A stretch of 64,000 nt of DNA from Cuniculiplasma divulgatum (GCA_031200235.1 CP133595.1:1386877-1450876), one strand, 5' to 3'. Counted from the stretch's first letter, positions 1 to 14,608 are shown. Notes: generated by a model not told the origin, from the sequence alone. Program-made: numbers and translations.

Positions 1-2501
1 TCTCTTCTGGAACTTCATCTGGGCATAAGAAAGGAAGACGACAAAGACCATCTTGCAAATAAGAGGGTTAAGCTGGCTGGAGATCTTCTGGATGAACTTT
101 TCAGGAATGCATTCCAGGCTGTTATGAAGGATCTGAAGTACCAGCTTGAGAGAACCTACAACAGGAAGAAGGGAATTCGCCTGAAACCTGCTGTAAGGCA
201 GGACCTCATGACGCAGAAGATACTTCACGCAATGGCCACAGGAAACTGGATTGGCGGAAGAACCGGGGTATCACAGCTGCTGGACAGGGTTTCGAATGTC
301 AGCACAATAAGTCACATGAGAAGGATAATATCACCTCTCACAAGGTCACAACCTCACTTCGAAGCCAGGGACCTTCACCCCACACAGTGGGGGAGGATAT
401 GTCCAAACGAGACGCCAGAGGGGCAGAACTGTGGTCTGGTGAAGAATGCTGCGCTCATAATCAACGTGACCGAGGGTATTGACCCCACAATAGTCATGGA
501 AACGCTCAGGGGCATGGAAGTCCAGGATGTGGAAGGCGAGAATCCAGATGCCGGAAGGGTCTACCTGAACGGTGACCTTATTGGATATCACATGAATCCT
601 GAGGAACTCACCCAGAAGATCAGGGAGGAGAGAAGAAGAGGTAAACTCTCCAATGAGGTTAACGTCAGATACGATGGATCAACAAGAGAAGTCATCATTA
701 ACTGTGATCGTGGAAGAATAAGGCGCCCTCTTCTTGTTTTGAAGAACGGTAACACCGTGATCAACACTGATATGCTCAACAAGCTGAACGATGGCGAATT
801 TGCCGTGGAGGATCTTATCAGGCGCGGAGCCCTTGAGTTCGTGGATGCAGAAGAGGAGGAGAATCTGTACATAGCAGTCTATGCATATGATTTCCCAGAA
901 AGATGCCCCCGCTGCAATGCATACCTTTACAGGAGCAAGCTCACATGGGTTAACCCAGGTGAAGGTTCAGAACCTGATTCACCTGTAATATTGAGATGTG
1001 ATCAGTGCGGAAACACTTTTGAATCTCATAAAATCCTCACCGAGGACCACACTCACCTGGAGGTTGACCCATCGCTGATTCTTGGTGTCACTGCTTCCGT
1101 TACTCCTTATCCGGAGCACAATTCATCTCCAAGGATCACAATGGCTGCAGCCATGACCAAGCAGTCCATCGGGCTTGCCTCAACGAACTTCAGAATAAGG
1201 ACGGACACGAGGGGCCATGTGCTGCACTATCCTCAGATTCCCCTTGTGAAGACAAAGATAATGGATTTCATAAAATACGACAAGAGGCCTGCTGGACAGA
1301 ATTTTGTGGTAGCAATCATGTCGTATCAGGGATACAACATTCAGGACGCACTTGTATTCAACAAGGCTGCCGTGGAAAGAGGACTGGGCAGGAGCACATT
1401 CTTCAGGACGTACAGCGCAGAGGAGCGCCGTTATCCGGGAGGCCAGGAGGACAAGTTCGAAATTCCGACCCATGATGTCCTTGGCGCCAGAGCTGAGGAG
1501 TTTTACCGGAACCTGGATGAGAATGGAATAATATATCCTGAATCCTATGTTGAGGGTTCAGAGGTGCTTGTAGGCAAGACATCCCCGCCAAGATTCCTGG
1601 AAGAGGGTGGAGACAAGCTCGGACCACAGAGACGCAGGGAATCATCCATAACCATGAGGCCCAATGAGAAAGGCTTCGTGGACAATGTCATTCTTACGGT
1701 TTCAGAAAGCAACAGCAGGGTCGTGAAGATCAGGGTCAGGAGTGAAAGGATACCTGAACTTGGTGACAAGTTCGCATCCAGGCACGGGCAGAAAGGTGTC
1801 ATCGGTGCAGTGGTTCCGCAGGAGGACATGCCATTTACAGAAGACGGCATAATTCCCGACCTCATAATCAATCCACATGCCATCCCTTCAAGAATGACAG
1901 TGGGGCATATCCTTGAGATGATTGGAGGGAAGATTGCCTCAATGAAGGGAGAGATCATCGATGGTACCATATTCAGCGGAGAGCCCGAAAGGAGCCTGAG
2001 AGACGGTCTCATAAAATACGGCTTCAGGCAGTCGTCCAGCGAGGTCATGTACGATGGAATAACAGGACGCAAGTTTGACGCTGAAATCTTCACCGGGGTG
2101 ATCTACTACCAGAAGCTGCATCACATGGTGGCAGGGAAGTTCCACGCCAGGTCAAGGGGACCTGTGCAGATACTCACCAGGCAGCCCACAGAAGGACGTT
2201 CCAGACAGGGAGGTCTTAGGTTCGGTGAAATGGAGAGAGATACATTGATAGCACATGGTGCAGCAATGGTCATAAAAGACAGGCTTCTGGACCAGAGCGA
2301 TGGAACCATTCTCTATGTGTGTGGAAATCCCAAATGCGGCCACATTGCAATACTTGACAGAAAGAAGGGAATACCGCGCTGTCCAGTCTGTGGAAATACA
2401 GGAAATATACACCCGGTTGAAACAAGTTATGCCTTCAAGCTGATGAGGGACGAACTGAGCTCAATGGGTGTAATGATGAGATTAATATTGGGTGATTTGA
2501 A

Positions 2502-2505
<4 letters not shown>
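1..2505 (+). CDS. rpoB: DNA-directed RNA polymerase subunit B (unsplit), 5' end outside window
   Basis: Frame 1 is open from nt 1 ([30 protein letters not shown]) and runs into track ORF 124..2505. Motifs [22 protein letters not shown] and a C-terminal CxxC..CxxC ribbon are present. ATGA overlap with the next gene. Confidence 0.97.
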
Positions 2506-6694
<4,189 letters not shown>

Positions 6695-6766
6695 AGGGAA
6701 CTTTTTATAATAAACTTTTATTTTCCCTTATAATTCAAGGTCTGTTGAATCTGGAACAGTGTTGAA

Positions 6767-7195
6767 ATGAAAGAAGTCACAATCGACAACAATATAATGA
6801 GATATATTGCCCTCTTTGAGAAAGTTGGCCATGTTGAGCTGCGGGAATGCATGGAAAACGAGGACATGGTTCTCTTCATCGTGGGAGAGCGTAAACTATC
6901 CGAATTATTCAAGAGGAACCCCAACATAATCACGGAACTCAGGGAGCACATCAACAAGCATATTCTGGTGGCTGAATCTTCCAGGGATCTGGTAACCTTC
7001 GTTAAGAACATTTTTTACCGGTTCAAAGTCAGGGAGGTTATCGTTGACTGGAAGGAGGGCCAGACCGATATCCTTGTTTCTGTGGAGCAGGGAGAGGTCG
7101 GCAAGGCCATCGGGAAGGAAGGCCGCAACATAAAGCTCTTCAGGGATGCTGTGGCAAGATCATTCAACATCAAGAGCCTGAACATAAAGCAGTAG
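6767..7195 (+). CDS. nusA: archaeal NusA-like KH-domain termination factor
   Basis: 142 aa with KH GxxG loop (GKAIGKEGRNIKLFRD). Canonical position just after rpoA2. TATA-like tttttataataaa lies upstream. Confidence 0.85.
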   Translation: MKEVTIDNNIMRYIALFEKVGHVELRECMENEDMVLFIVGERKLSELFKRNPNIITELREHINKHILVAESSRDLVTFVKNIFYRFKVREVIVDWKEGQTDILVSVEQGEVGKAIGKEGRNIKLFRDAVARSFNIKSLNIKQ

Positions 7196-7334
7196 CGAAA
7201 CAGAATTTCACACCTGCACTCATGGGGGTGTCCGGAACCCCTCGCCATGATTTTCCGGCACGGGAATGGTATGGTTTTCTTTTGCCGGAACAGTTAATGG
7301 ATTTATTCAGCATGGTTTTTGATAATTACGCAGG

Positions 7335-7865
7335 TCAGAGGCCGTCAATCAGGGAACATGCGTGAAAAGCCAGCGGATAAAGATAGTACTCTTCCATACT
7401 GGAATGCCTCTCCATGAATGTGGACAGGTTTTCAAGCACCAGCTGTACAGTCCCCTCTTCCCTTTCCATTTCGCCAAGGATATCCTTGATTTTACGGTGC
7501 TCCCTTAACATAACTGGTTCCTCGGTCCTGAACTCATCTGCTTTTGCCTTGAGGAAATCAATGTCCGGTAGGTTCTCGTGGGCGGTGAAGGCCCTGAAGA
7601 ATCCCAGCACGGGAACCATGGTTTCCTCCTCCCTGTCAGCATGCCCTGAAAATATTGATGTGACTTCCTTCAGTGGGCCAAGGTTCAGAGGGCTCTCCTG
7701 CGTGGCCGTGAAGAGCAGCGTGAGAAGCTGGCTGTGCTCCAGCGTAACCGGTTCATCCATGGTGTCACCATGCCTGTCAGGTAATTTAACATATGTGGGT
7801 GGAAAAGCCCACTCTAACAGAACATGGGATGAAGGCCAGTGAAACTTTCTCATATCTCCCAGCAA
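7335..7865 (-). CDS. hemerythrin-like (HHE cation-binding) domain protein
   Basis: 176 aa with spaced H/E pairs (LEHSQL, GHADREEE, LREHRKIKD, MERHSSMEEY) typical of hemerythrin-like four-helix bundles. The start could be the internal ATG at 7853. Confidence 0.5.
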   Translation of the reverse strand: MLGDMRKFHWPSSHVLLEWAFPPTYVKLPDRHGDTMDEPVTLEHSQLLTLLFTATQESPLNLGPLKEVTSIFSGHADREEETMVPVLGFFRAFTAHENLPDIDFLKAKADEFRTEEPVMLREHRKIKDILGEMEREEGTVQLVLENLSTFMERHSSMEEYYLYPLAFHACSLIDGL

Positions 7866-8006
7866 GTTGCAATGTCCGCTGGCGAAGGCGAGGCATAATA
7901 TACGGCCAGTTTACTCTGGTATTCAGCAATCCGGATCCTGTCAGCCGGTGATAAATTCAGGGCTGTAGCATGTTTATATGAGTGTATAACATATACTCAA
8001 TCCCAT

Positions 8007-8345
8007 ATGGATCCAAATCAAAATCAACAGAACCTTGACGAGTCAGATCTGACTACACGAACAATTCTTCCCAACAAGAAGAGGGGAGAGATGTTCGGCA
8101 TAGTCGAAAAACTGTCTGGCGCTTCAAGGCTCAATGTAATGTGCGAAGACGGTTTCACCAGAAGTTCCAGAATTCCTGGAAAGATGAAAAAGAGGATGTG
8201 GATAAGGGAAGGCGATCTCGTTATTGTGAAACCCTGGCCGTTCCAGAACGAAAAGGCAGATGTCGTATACAGATATACACAGACTCAGGCAAATTATCTA
8301 AGCAGGAACAGGTTGCTTCCAGACGTGATAAATATTTTCAAGTAG
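8007..8345 (+). CDS. eif1a: translation initiation factor aIF-1A
   Basis: 112 aa S1/OB fold (GEMFGIVEKLSGASRLNVMCEDGFTRSSRIPGKMKKRMWIREGDLVIV). Confidence 0.93.
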   Translation: MDPNQNQQNLDESDLTTRTILPNKKRGEMFGIVEKLSGASRLNVMCEDGFTRSSRIPGKMKKRMWIREGDLVIVKPWPFQNEKADVVYRYTQTQANYLSRNRLLPDVINIFK

Positions 8346-8351
8346 GCCATT

Positions 8352-9116
8352 ATGCCTGAAGAATCGGCCCTTGATCAGCTCCTGAAATCAGGTGAATTTC
8401 TTCATCATCTGGACATGGACCGCAAGACTGCCGATCTTGTTTTTGACAGGAGGACAATTAAGGCGCTTTACGAATTCATGAGCAGCCAGCACATAGATTA
8501 TGTGGATTTTCCTATTTCAGCCGGTAAGGAATCTGTTGTCTTCAAGGTCATAAAGGACAAGAAGCCGCTGGTTCTGAAAATTTACAAGCTTTCCACGCTT
8601 CGGTTTTCCACAATCTGGAAATATATCGAGGGCGATTACCGCTTTGCAAGGGAAAGGATAAACAGGTCAAACATTGTATACATCTGGGCCAAGAAGGAAT
8701 ACACCAACCTTCACGAATTGAGAAAGAACGGGATTCTCTGCCCCCGTCCTTACGATTTCCATAAGAATCTGCTCCTGATGTCATATATCGGGTCAAAGTC
8801 CACTCCTGCACCCAGGCTCAGGGATGCGGACTGCGATTTTGATAGTGCATACGGTGAGGTCCGGGGTTTCATGCGCACCATGTACCAGAAGGCAAAGCTG
8901 GTACACGCTGATCTCAGCGAATATAACATACTTTATCACAGAAAACATGCATACATTGTTGACGTCGGGCAGTCTGTGTCCAGGGAACATCCCGCCGCAG
9001 ACTATTTCCTGGAAAGGGATTTGAGGAACATATCAGTATTCTTCACCAAGAAGGGCGTTGAAGCCCCATTCCAGGAACTGCTTGGATTCGTGAAGGGTGC
9101 TGATGCCGGCGAATAG
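8352..9116 (+). CDS. rio1: RIO-type serine/threonine protein kinase
   Basis: 254 aa. ISAGKESVVFK nucleotide loop, LVHADLSEYNIL catalytic loop, IVDVGQSV metal loop. Conserved aIF1A-Rio-KH operon context. Confidence 0.9.
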   Translation: MPEESALDQLLKSGEFLHHLDMDRKTADLVFDRRTIKALYEFMSSQHIDYVDFPISAGKESVVFKVIKDKKPLVLKIYKLSTLRFSTIWKYIEGDYRFARERINRSNIVYIWAKKEYTNLHELRKNGILCPRPYDFHKNLLLMSYIGSKSTPAPRLRDADCDFDSAYGEVRGFMRTMYQKAKLVHADLSEYNILYHRKHAYIVDVGQSVSREHPAADYFLERDLRNISVFFTKKGVEAPFQELLGFVKGADAGE

Positions 9117-9156
9117 GTTTATTTATGATGATTCATAAGGAAATGAGGTCTGCAGC

Positions 9157-9723
9157 ATGGATGAAGTTACTGACGGAAATGTTTGGGAAATAAGGGTCCC
9201 CAGGGACAGGCTTGCAGTTCTTATAGGAAAGAACGGTGACACCAAGAGAGAACTGGAGGAGAAGGCAGAAATAGCCCTGGAAATAGATTCAAGGGAAGGG
9301 GACGTGACCGTCATCCAGAAGGGAGATCCACTCAAGGCAGCACTTTCCATCAGCGTGATTCAGGCCATTGCCAGGGGTTTCAGCCCACAGAAGGCATCAT
9401 TTCTGTTCGAGGAGAATTCCCAGCTTATTGTCATCTCTCTGCGCGAATTTGCCAAACCAGGTTCTCACAGGATTTCTGAAATCAAGGGCAGGATCATAGG
9501 AACCGGCGGAAAGACCCGGAAAGTCATGGAAGAACTGACAAACACCAGCATATCGGTCTATGGTGACACCGTATCTGTTATTGGCGACTATGTGTCGGTG
9601 GAATACGCTCGCGAAGCCATAAACATGCTTATCAATGGCAGCAGGCAGAGAACAGTTTACACATACCTGGAAAAGAACGCAAAGAATCTGAGGCTCAAAC
9701 GTATCGAAGAGACATTCGGGTAG
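9157..9723 (+). CDS. KH-domain RNA-binding protein (Pno1/Dim2-like)
   Basis: 188 aa with two KH modules (IGKNGDTKRELEE; IIGTGGKTRKVMEE). Third gene of the aIF1A-Rio operon. Confidence 0.8.
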   Translation: MDEVTDGNVWEIRVPRDRLAVLIGKNGDTKRELEEKAEIALEIDSREGDVTVIQKGDPLKAALSISVIQAIARGFSPQKASFLFEENSQLIVISLREFAKPGSHRISEIKGRIIGTGGKTRKVMEELTNTSISVYGDTVSVIGDYVSVEYAREAINMLINGSRQRTVYTYLEKNAKNLRLKRIEETFG

Positions 9724-9735
9724 CTGTATACCGGC

Positions 9736-9747
9736 AAATATTATATC
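9736..9747 (+). promoter_or_regulatory. TATA box for tRNA-iMet
   Basis: aaatattatatc centred about 28 nt upstream of tRNA position 1. Confidence 0.5.
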
Positions 9748-9769
9748 CGGTCATCGGATAACCTGTGGA

Positions 9770-9844
9770 AGCGGGGTAGGGTAGTTAGGAGATCCCGACG
9801 GGCTCATAACCCGTAGATCAATGGTTCAAATCCATTCCCCGCTA
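9770..9844 (+). tRNA. initiator tRNA-Met (CAT)
   Basis: Hand-folded cloverleaf. Acceptor AGCGGGG/CCCCGCT gives A1:U72. Anticodon stem ACGGG/CCCGT has three G:C pairs next to loop CTCATAA. T arm AATGG-TTCAAAT-CCATT. No encoded CCA; followed by TTTTT. Confidence 0.88.
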
Positions 9845-10558
9845 TTTTTCAAGGTATTTTTCTCTTATCTTGCACACGAGATCCTTAAGTACGGACTTCC
9901 CAACTGGATCGGCTGGTGTATATCCTGATTTATATATTGTGTCTGCAGTTGTTTTTCCAATGGCGAATATCCTCGTTCCAGTATTCATGATAGCGGAAAC
10001 CACAGACCGATCCTTCAGTATTATTTCCGCCTCCTGCGATGACGTTATGATTATTCCGAGGCATCCGCCCAGAATATATTTTAAGAGGTTGGAAAGGTCA
10101 AGAGGCACACTGCGGTAAATTGTGAACAGTTTGAAATCATAGCCCTCCTTCAGCAGGAAATCCCGCACAACCATGTTTGACTGCTGACTTGACAGGAGCG
10201 CGATTCTGCGAGACTTCCAGTCATTGCGCCTGATCAGTTCCACGATCCCGCTGGAAGTCTGGTCATCAGGAATCAGGGAATCCAGGCCTATGGACCGCAG
10301 GGCGTCACCGGTGATCTTTCCGATGGAAATATATGTACGATCGGTGCCGAAGAAACCAATGTTGGATCTGATGGTGTCAGCGCCACGTGCACTGGTCACT
10401 ATGACGATTTCAGGATTGAATGACCGGAATGTATCTGTGTTAAATGGCAGTTCTTCGAGCCGTGTGACCGGTACGTTTACTATTTCCATTCCGGGGCAAT
10501 TTATATTTCCTGCGGCCTTGCCTTCAGGTCTTGTGACAATCAGTGTCTTTCCGGTCAT
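9842..10558 (-). CDS. hemD: uroporphyrinogen-III synthase
   Basis: 238 aa with HemD-like two-lobe pattern (LIVTRPEG.., IVTSARG, IITSSQEA). 4-nt overlap with hemC. Confidence 0.75.
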   Translation of the reverse strand: MTGKTLIVTRPEGKAAGNINCPGMEIVNVPVTRLEELPFNTDTFRSFNPEIVIVTSARGADTIRSNIGFFGTDRTYISIGKITGDALRSIGLDSLIPDDQTSSGIVELIRRNDWKSRRIALLSSQQSNMVVRDFLLKEGYDFKLFTIYRSVPLDLSNLLKYILGGCLGIIITSSQEAEIILKDRSVVSAIMNTGTRIFAIGKTTADTIYKSGYTPADPVGKSVLKDLVCKIREKYLEK

Positions 10559-11454
10559 GCCACTCCGTCCCGGCTGTAACCGAATTCAGGAGGAATCCGC
10601 GATCTGATACCAGAGGTGAATTCATCCACATCCTGCCTGCTTCTCACCGTGGAAGCAAAATCCCGGTATTCTCTGGTGTTCAGAGAATAAAGCCTGATGG
10701 TGAGTGTCCACACTGTTCCGGATCTGGTGCATATCATGCCTGCCGGCATGGAGCATCCCAGGTTCAGCCTGCGCATAGCTTCTCTCTCCATTTCCATTGC
10801 AAACTGTGTTTCCTGATTCTTCAGCCTTTCAACAGCGGAAAAAGCACTGCTTCCACGCATTCCCACCACTGCGATTATTCCCTGGTTGGCAGCAGGCATG
10901 AATGTTTCTGTCCCAAGCCGGTGGTATTCAGTCTCAATGCCGAGTCTGGTAATTCCAGCCTCTGCGAGGATTATTCCGTCGTAATTGCCATCCTTGTACT
11001 TCTGGATACGTGTGTCTATGTTTCCTCTTATGTTTTCTGCAACAAGGTCGGGTCTCACCATTGAAAGCTCCTTGATGCGCCTCAAACTTGATGTCCCTAT
11101 GTGGGACCCGGCCGGGAGTTCCTCCAGAGGTTTCCCGGCTATTAGAACGTCATTGAAGTTTTCCCTGGGAAGTACGGATATGACCTGGAGCCCATCCGGA
11201 AGGTCAGATGGAAGATCCTTTGCACTGTGAACTGCCACATCAACTTCACCAGAAATGACCCGCCTGTTTATCTCCTCCACAAATATACCGGTTCCGGGTG
11301 CCCTGTAAAGCGGGGTGGTATTTTCCACATCACCCGATGAGTTAAATCTGTGTATGCTGGCATCAATGCCTGCGACAGTCAGCCTTTCAGCCACCATCTC
11401 CGCCTGCCTGACAGCAAGACGGCTTGGCCTTGTGCCTATTTTAATATGAGTCAT
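10555..11454 (-). CDS. hemC: hydroxymethylbilane synthase (porphobilinogen deaminase)
   Basis: KIGTRPSRLAVRQAEMV, GTSSLRR, and a cysteine in NLGCSMP. Start placed at ATG 11454; the track start at 11505 would abut the divergent trm5 ATG and leave no promoter space. Confidence 0.88.
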   Translation of the reverse strand: MTHIKIGTRPSRLAVRQAEMVAERLTVAGIDASIHRFNSSGDVENTTPLYRAPGTGIFVEEINRRVISGEVDVAVHSAKDLPSDLPDGLQVISVLPRENFNDVLIAGKPLEELPAGSHIGTSSLRRIKELSMVRPDLVAENIRGNIDTRIQKYKDGNYDGIILAEAGITRLGIETEYHRLGTETFMPAANQGIIAVVGMRGSSAFSAVERLKNQETQFAMEMEREAMRRLNLGCSMPAGMICTRSGTVWTLTIRLYSLNTREYRDFASTVRSRQDVDEFTSGIRSRIPPEFGYSRDGVA

Positions 11455-11504
11455 GGCTACCGTATTGTCTTTCAAGTTAAAACTGTCACTCAGGGTGTTA
11501 ATCA

Positions 11505-12518
11505 ATGAAAAATCCCGGCATTGTTGTTAATAAATATCAATCTGAGGGAATCATAAGGAAACTTCTCTCCATGGATATTATTCGCAAGGATTTGAAAATA
11601 AGGCAGGACGGTGATCTGGTCATGATTCCGCTGAAGCAACACGCAGAATTCCAGGGGTATATGGCAGTGGAAATGGATTTCGAGTCCAGAGCCATCCAGA
11701 AACCGCCGGTAGAAACCATAAAAAAAATTTCCGGTGTCAAATCAAAGATGTCTGTGATACCGGACAGATGGATACGACTGGGGGATGCGCTGATCATCAA
11801 GGAGTCCAGAAAACCATCCCGCAGTGTGCTCCAGTCCATTGCACAGGTTCTGGGCGTGAAATCCATATATATTGACCGTGGCAGGATACAGGGAAACATC
11901 AGGCATCCGGAAATGGAAATTGTGTACGGGGTACCGGGAACTGTTATTCATCTGGAAAATGGAATCCGATACTCAATGGATCCATCCAGGGTAATGTTCT
12001 CTCCCGGAAATGTCAATGAGAGGATACAGCATGGAAAAATGACACTTGACGGGGCCACTGTTCTGGACATGTTTGCCGGAATCGGCTATTTTTCTCTTCC
12101 TCTGGCAAAATATACGCACCTTTCAAAGATCTATTCAGTTGAGATAAATCCAGAATCATATGGCTTCCTGAAGAGTAATGTGGCGATCAACAGGCTTCAG
12201 GACAGGGTGATACCGATTCTGGGAGACTGCAGGGACGTTTCACCTGCAATGCGGTTTGATTACATAGTAATGGGGCACTTCAGCTCACTGGAATTCATTT
12301 CTGCGGCTTTGATGCGATCCGGACCTGGAACGATTCTCAACTTTCACCTGCTGGTGCCCACCCATGAACTTTCAGCATACTGGCACGAGATTATCGTTCT
12401 TGCCAGGCGGCTGGGTTATATCCTGGATTTCATTGAACAGAGGAAAGTAAAGTCTTACGGACCACATCTCTGGCATATGTCACTGGATATGGTGGTTTCA
12501 AGGGGTCTGTTGCAATAG
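11505..12518 (+). CDS. trm5: tRNA (guanine37-N1)-methyltransferase Trm5/Taw22 family
   Basis: 337 aa Met-10+ like. MFSPGNVNER, SAM motif VLDMFAGIGYFSLPLAK. Confidence 0.8.
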   Translation: MKNPGIVVNKYQSEGIIRKLLSMDIIRKDLKIRQDGDLVMIPLKQHAEFQGYMAVEMDFESRAIQKPPVETIKKISGVKSKMSVIPDRWIRLGDALIIKESRKPSRSVLQSIAQVLGVKSIYIDRGRIQGNIRHPEMEIVYGVPGTVIHLENGIRYSMDPSRVMFSPGNVNERIQHGKMTLDGATVLDMFAGIGYFSLPLAKYTHLSKIYSVEINPESYGFLKSNVAINRLQDRVIPILGDCRDVSPAMRFDYIVMGHFSSLEFISAALMRSGPGTILNFHLLVPTHELSAYWHEIIVLARRLGYILDFIEQRKVKSYGPHLWHMSLDMVVSRGLLQ

Positions 12519-12576
12519 ATCCGTGAAACATCGCCAAAATCCATAAATAATCTGTCTGACTACTATATTAAGTATA

Positions 12577-12906
12577 ATGAGAAGGAACTATCATAAACCG
12601 AACTATAATTCTAGAAATGGTATGCAAAAAAGGTCCAATATGCCAAAGGATACTGGACCGAAAAAGTCACGAAGGCTTGACATGCGGAAAACCGAGGAAT
12701 TCAACTTCATGCTTGGAAAGATTGTGGAAGAACTTCCCGACAGCGTGAGAGGCGCAGTTAAGGGCAGTCTTTATTCCATTGCTTCAAAAAAAGGCACCAG
12801 AGAGGCCAGGGACTATATTGTTAAAATTAGGACCGATGGTCTCATAGACGATGATATGCAGAAGAGACTTCTAGATCTTCTGGCGGACTACAGCAAGTTC
12901 AGGTGA
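12577..12906 (+). CDS. hypothetical small basic protein
   Basis: 109 aa with a basic N-terminus and helical C-terminus. TATA-like cataaataat lies about 30 nt upstream. No family recognised. Confidence 0.45.
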   Translation: MRRNYHKPNYNSRNGMQKRSNMPKDTGPKKSRRLDMRKTEEFNFMLGKIVEELPDSVRGAVKGSLYSIASKKGTREARDYIVKIRTDGLIDDDMQKRLLDLLADYSKFR

Positions 12907-12916
12907 GTCCAGGGGA

Positions 12917-13648
12917 TCACTTTTCCCTCCATCTGGTCAGGTATCTTGCCAGAGAGAAATATGCCACTGTTTCCGCAAGCATCACAGGTATTTCCATTGC
13001 CATGAGCGGCGAAAGGCCGAAGGCACCCTGAGTCAGGACTGCGGCTGGCGTTACGGGAGAGACGGATAAGGCGTAAATGGCTATTTTCGGTATGAATGTA
13101 TATGGATAGAACGTGGGAGGAAGAACCGTCATCACAACGGACATTATGCCTGCTATACCCCACACATTCCTGACATGTTTTATGCTGCTTGACACAATGA
13201 ATGATATGGACGATGTGGAAACAACAAGCAGTGCAAGTATCCCGGCAAGTGCCAGCACATCAGTAAGCGTGAAGACATTCTCGAAGTATCCCAGGATGGA
13301 ATAGAGAACAATTCCCGGCAGGGAAAACATGAGGTAGCTCAGGGTTAGGCCAAGCATATAGTCTGAAGGATTCACACGGCTGGCCACATACAGATCCTGC
13401 ATCCTGAGTTGAAGCCTCATGAAAGCCGCATCACCTGCACTGGAAAGTGCTACTGATGCCACAAGTCCTATGAAGCCACCCACAATGGCGTATTTGACCA
13501 GTGTTCCGCGGGAGATTATAAAAACAATGAAAAGGAGGGTCAGAGGTGAACTGAGGGAAGCGATGATATACGAAGGCCCCCTTCCCACGGTTCTCAATCC
13601 GTAGTACCACGCCAGCAGAAACGTGAATTTAAGATTCAATGCTAACAC
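12917..13648 (-). CDS. ABC-2 type transporter permease
   Basis: 243 aa with about six hydrophobic spans. Overlaps the upstream ATPase gene by 20 nt. Confidence 0.75.
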   Translation of the reverse strand: MLALNLKFTFLLAWYYGLRTVGRGPSYIIASLSSPLTLLFIVFIISRGTLVKYAIVGGFIGLVASVALSSAGDAAFMRLQLRMQDLYVASRVNPSDYMLGLTLSYLMFSLPGIVLYSILGYFENVFTLTDVLALAGILALLVVSTSSISFIVSSSIKHVRNVWGIAGIMSVVMTVLPPTFYPYTFIPKIAIYALSVSPVTPAAVLTQGAFGLSPLMAMEIPVMLAETVAYFSLARYLTRWREK

Positions 13649-14468
13649 CCCTGCTTATGAAAATATCCTCCAGAGTGATGGGCCTGATTGCGAATCCCAT
13701 ATCTATGTATCTGTCTGCCATCTCCCTTTTCACGTACTTTATGGACAGGGAGCCTATGTGTATGCAGTCCTGGCACTGGCCGTTGATCTCCACTCTTATC
13801 TTGCCCCTGAATCGGGACAGCAAATCCGCTGGGGTACCCTGTTCCAGAGAACGTCCATGGTCAACAAGTATCACTTCATTGGAAAGCTGCTCAGCCTCCT
13901 CCATATAATGTGTGGTCAGTATGACCGTGGAACCGATACGACGAATGGCTGACCATACCTCAAGTCTGGATATGGGATCAAGCCCGGTTGTAGGCTCATC
14001 AAGGAACACCACTTCGGCGTTTGCGGCAAGGGCCATGGCCACAAACATCTTCCGTTTCATCCCTCCTGAAAGTGTGTCCGTGGGATAGTGCTTCGCCTCC
14101 CGCAGATCCAGCTCATCCAGTGCCATGGAAGCCGACTGAGCAGCTTCCTTGAAGGACATTCCCCTGCCGACAAGATAGAGTTTCACCTGTTCAAATGCTG
14201 TGAGAATCCCGATAGGTGCGGCCTCCTGCGGAATGCTCACAATGCTCTTCCGGATAGAACCTGCTTCCGTGATCACATCCATTCCGTTAACCCTGGCAGT
14301 CCCGGAGGTGGGAAGCAACTGTGTTGAAAGTATTCGTATAAGGGTAGTCTTTCCGGCGCCGTTCCTGCCTATGATGGCCGTGACCTTCTCTGAGGCAGAG
14401 ATATCAAGTTCCCTGAGAGCATAGTTGCCGTCAGAATATCGTTTTGTCAGTTTCTCTGTCTCAATCAT
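13629..14468 (-). CDS. ABC transporter ATP-binding protein
   Basis: Walker A GRNGAGKTT, signature LSGGMKRK, Walker B VVFLDEPT. Start set at ATG 14468 (MIETEKLTKRY); the upstream 73 codons of the track ORF are not protein-like. Confidence 0.9.
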   Translation of the reverse strand: MIETEKLTKRYSDGNYALRELDISASEKVTAIIGRNGAGKTTLIRILSTQLLPTSGTARVNGMDVITEAGSIRKSIVSIPQEAAPIGILTAFEQVKLYLVGRGMSFKEAAQSASMALDELDLREAKHYPTDTLSGGMKRKMFVAMALAANAEVVFLDEPTTGLDPISRLEVWSAIRRIGSTVILTTHYMEEAEQLSNEVILVDHGRSLEQGTPADLLSRFRGKIRVEINGQCQDCIHIGSLSIKYVKREMADRYIDMGFAIRPITLEDIFISRGVSIES

Positions 14469-14608
14469 ACAGGGCAGAAATTTGACTCCATATTTAAACA
14501 AATCCTGAATAGCCCTTTCCGTAGACATTGCAGAAAGGAACAGTTGATCGCCTGATCCTGAATCATGACATGACGAAAAAATCAATAGGAAGCATAATCT
14601 GCCATTAA

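Noticed and set aside
7972-7990. Shared TTATAT..GAGTGTATA motif between the aIF1A promoter and the tnpB promoter.
   Set aside because: Only a 9-mer is shared, in AT-rich promoter context. That is within chance expectation for 64 kb on both strands.
9124-9172. ATGATGA followed by CTGA, a possible C/D box sRNA between rio1 and the KH gene.
   Set aside because: The spacing does not fit: only 5 nt lie between the C'-like box and the D box, and there is no proper D' box. The D box lies inside the KH coding region.
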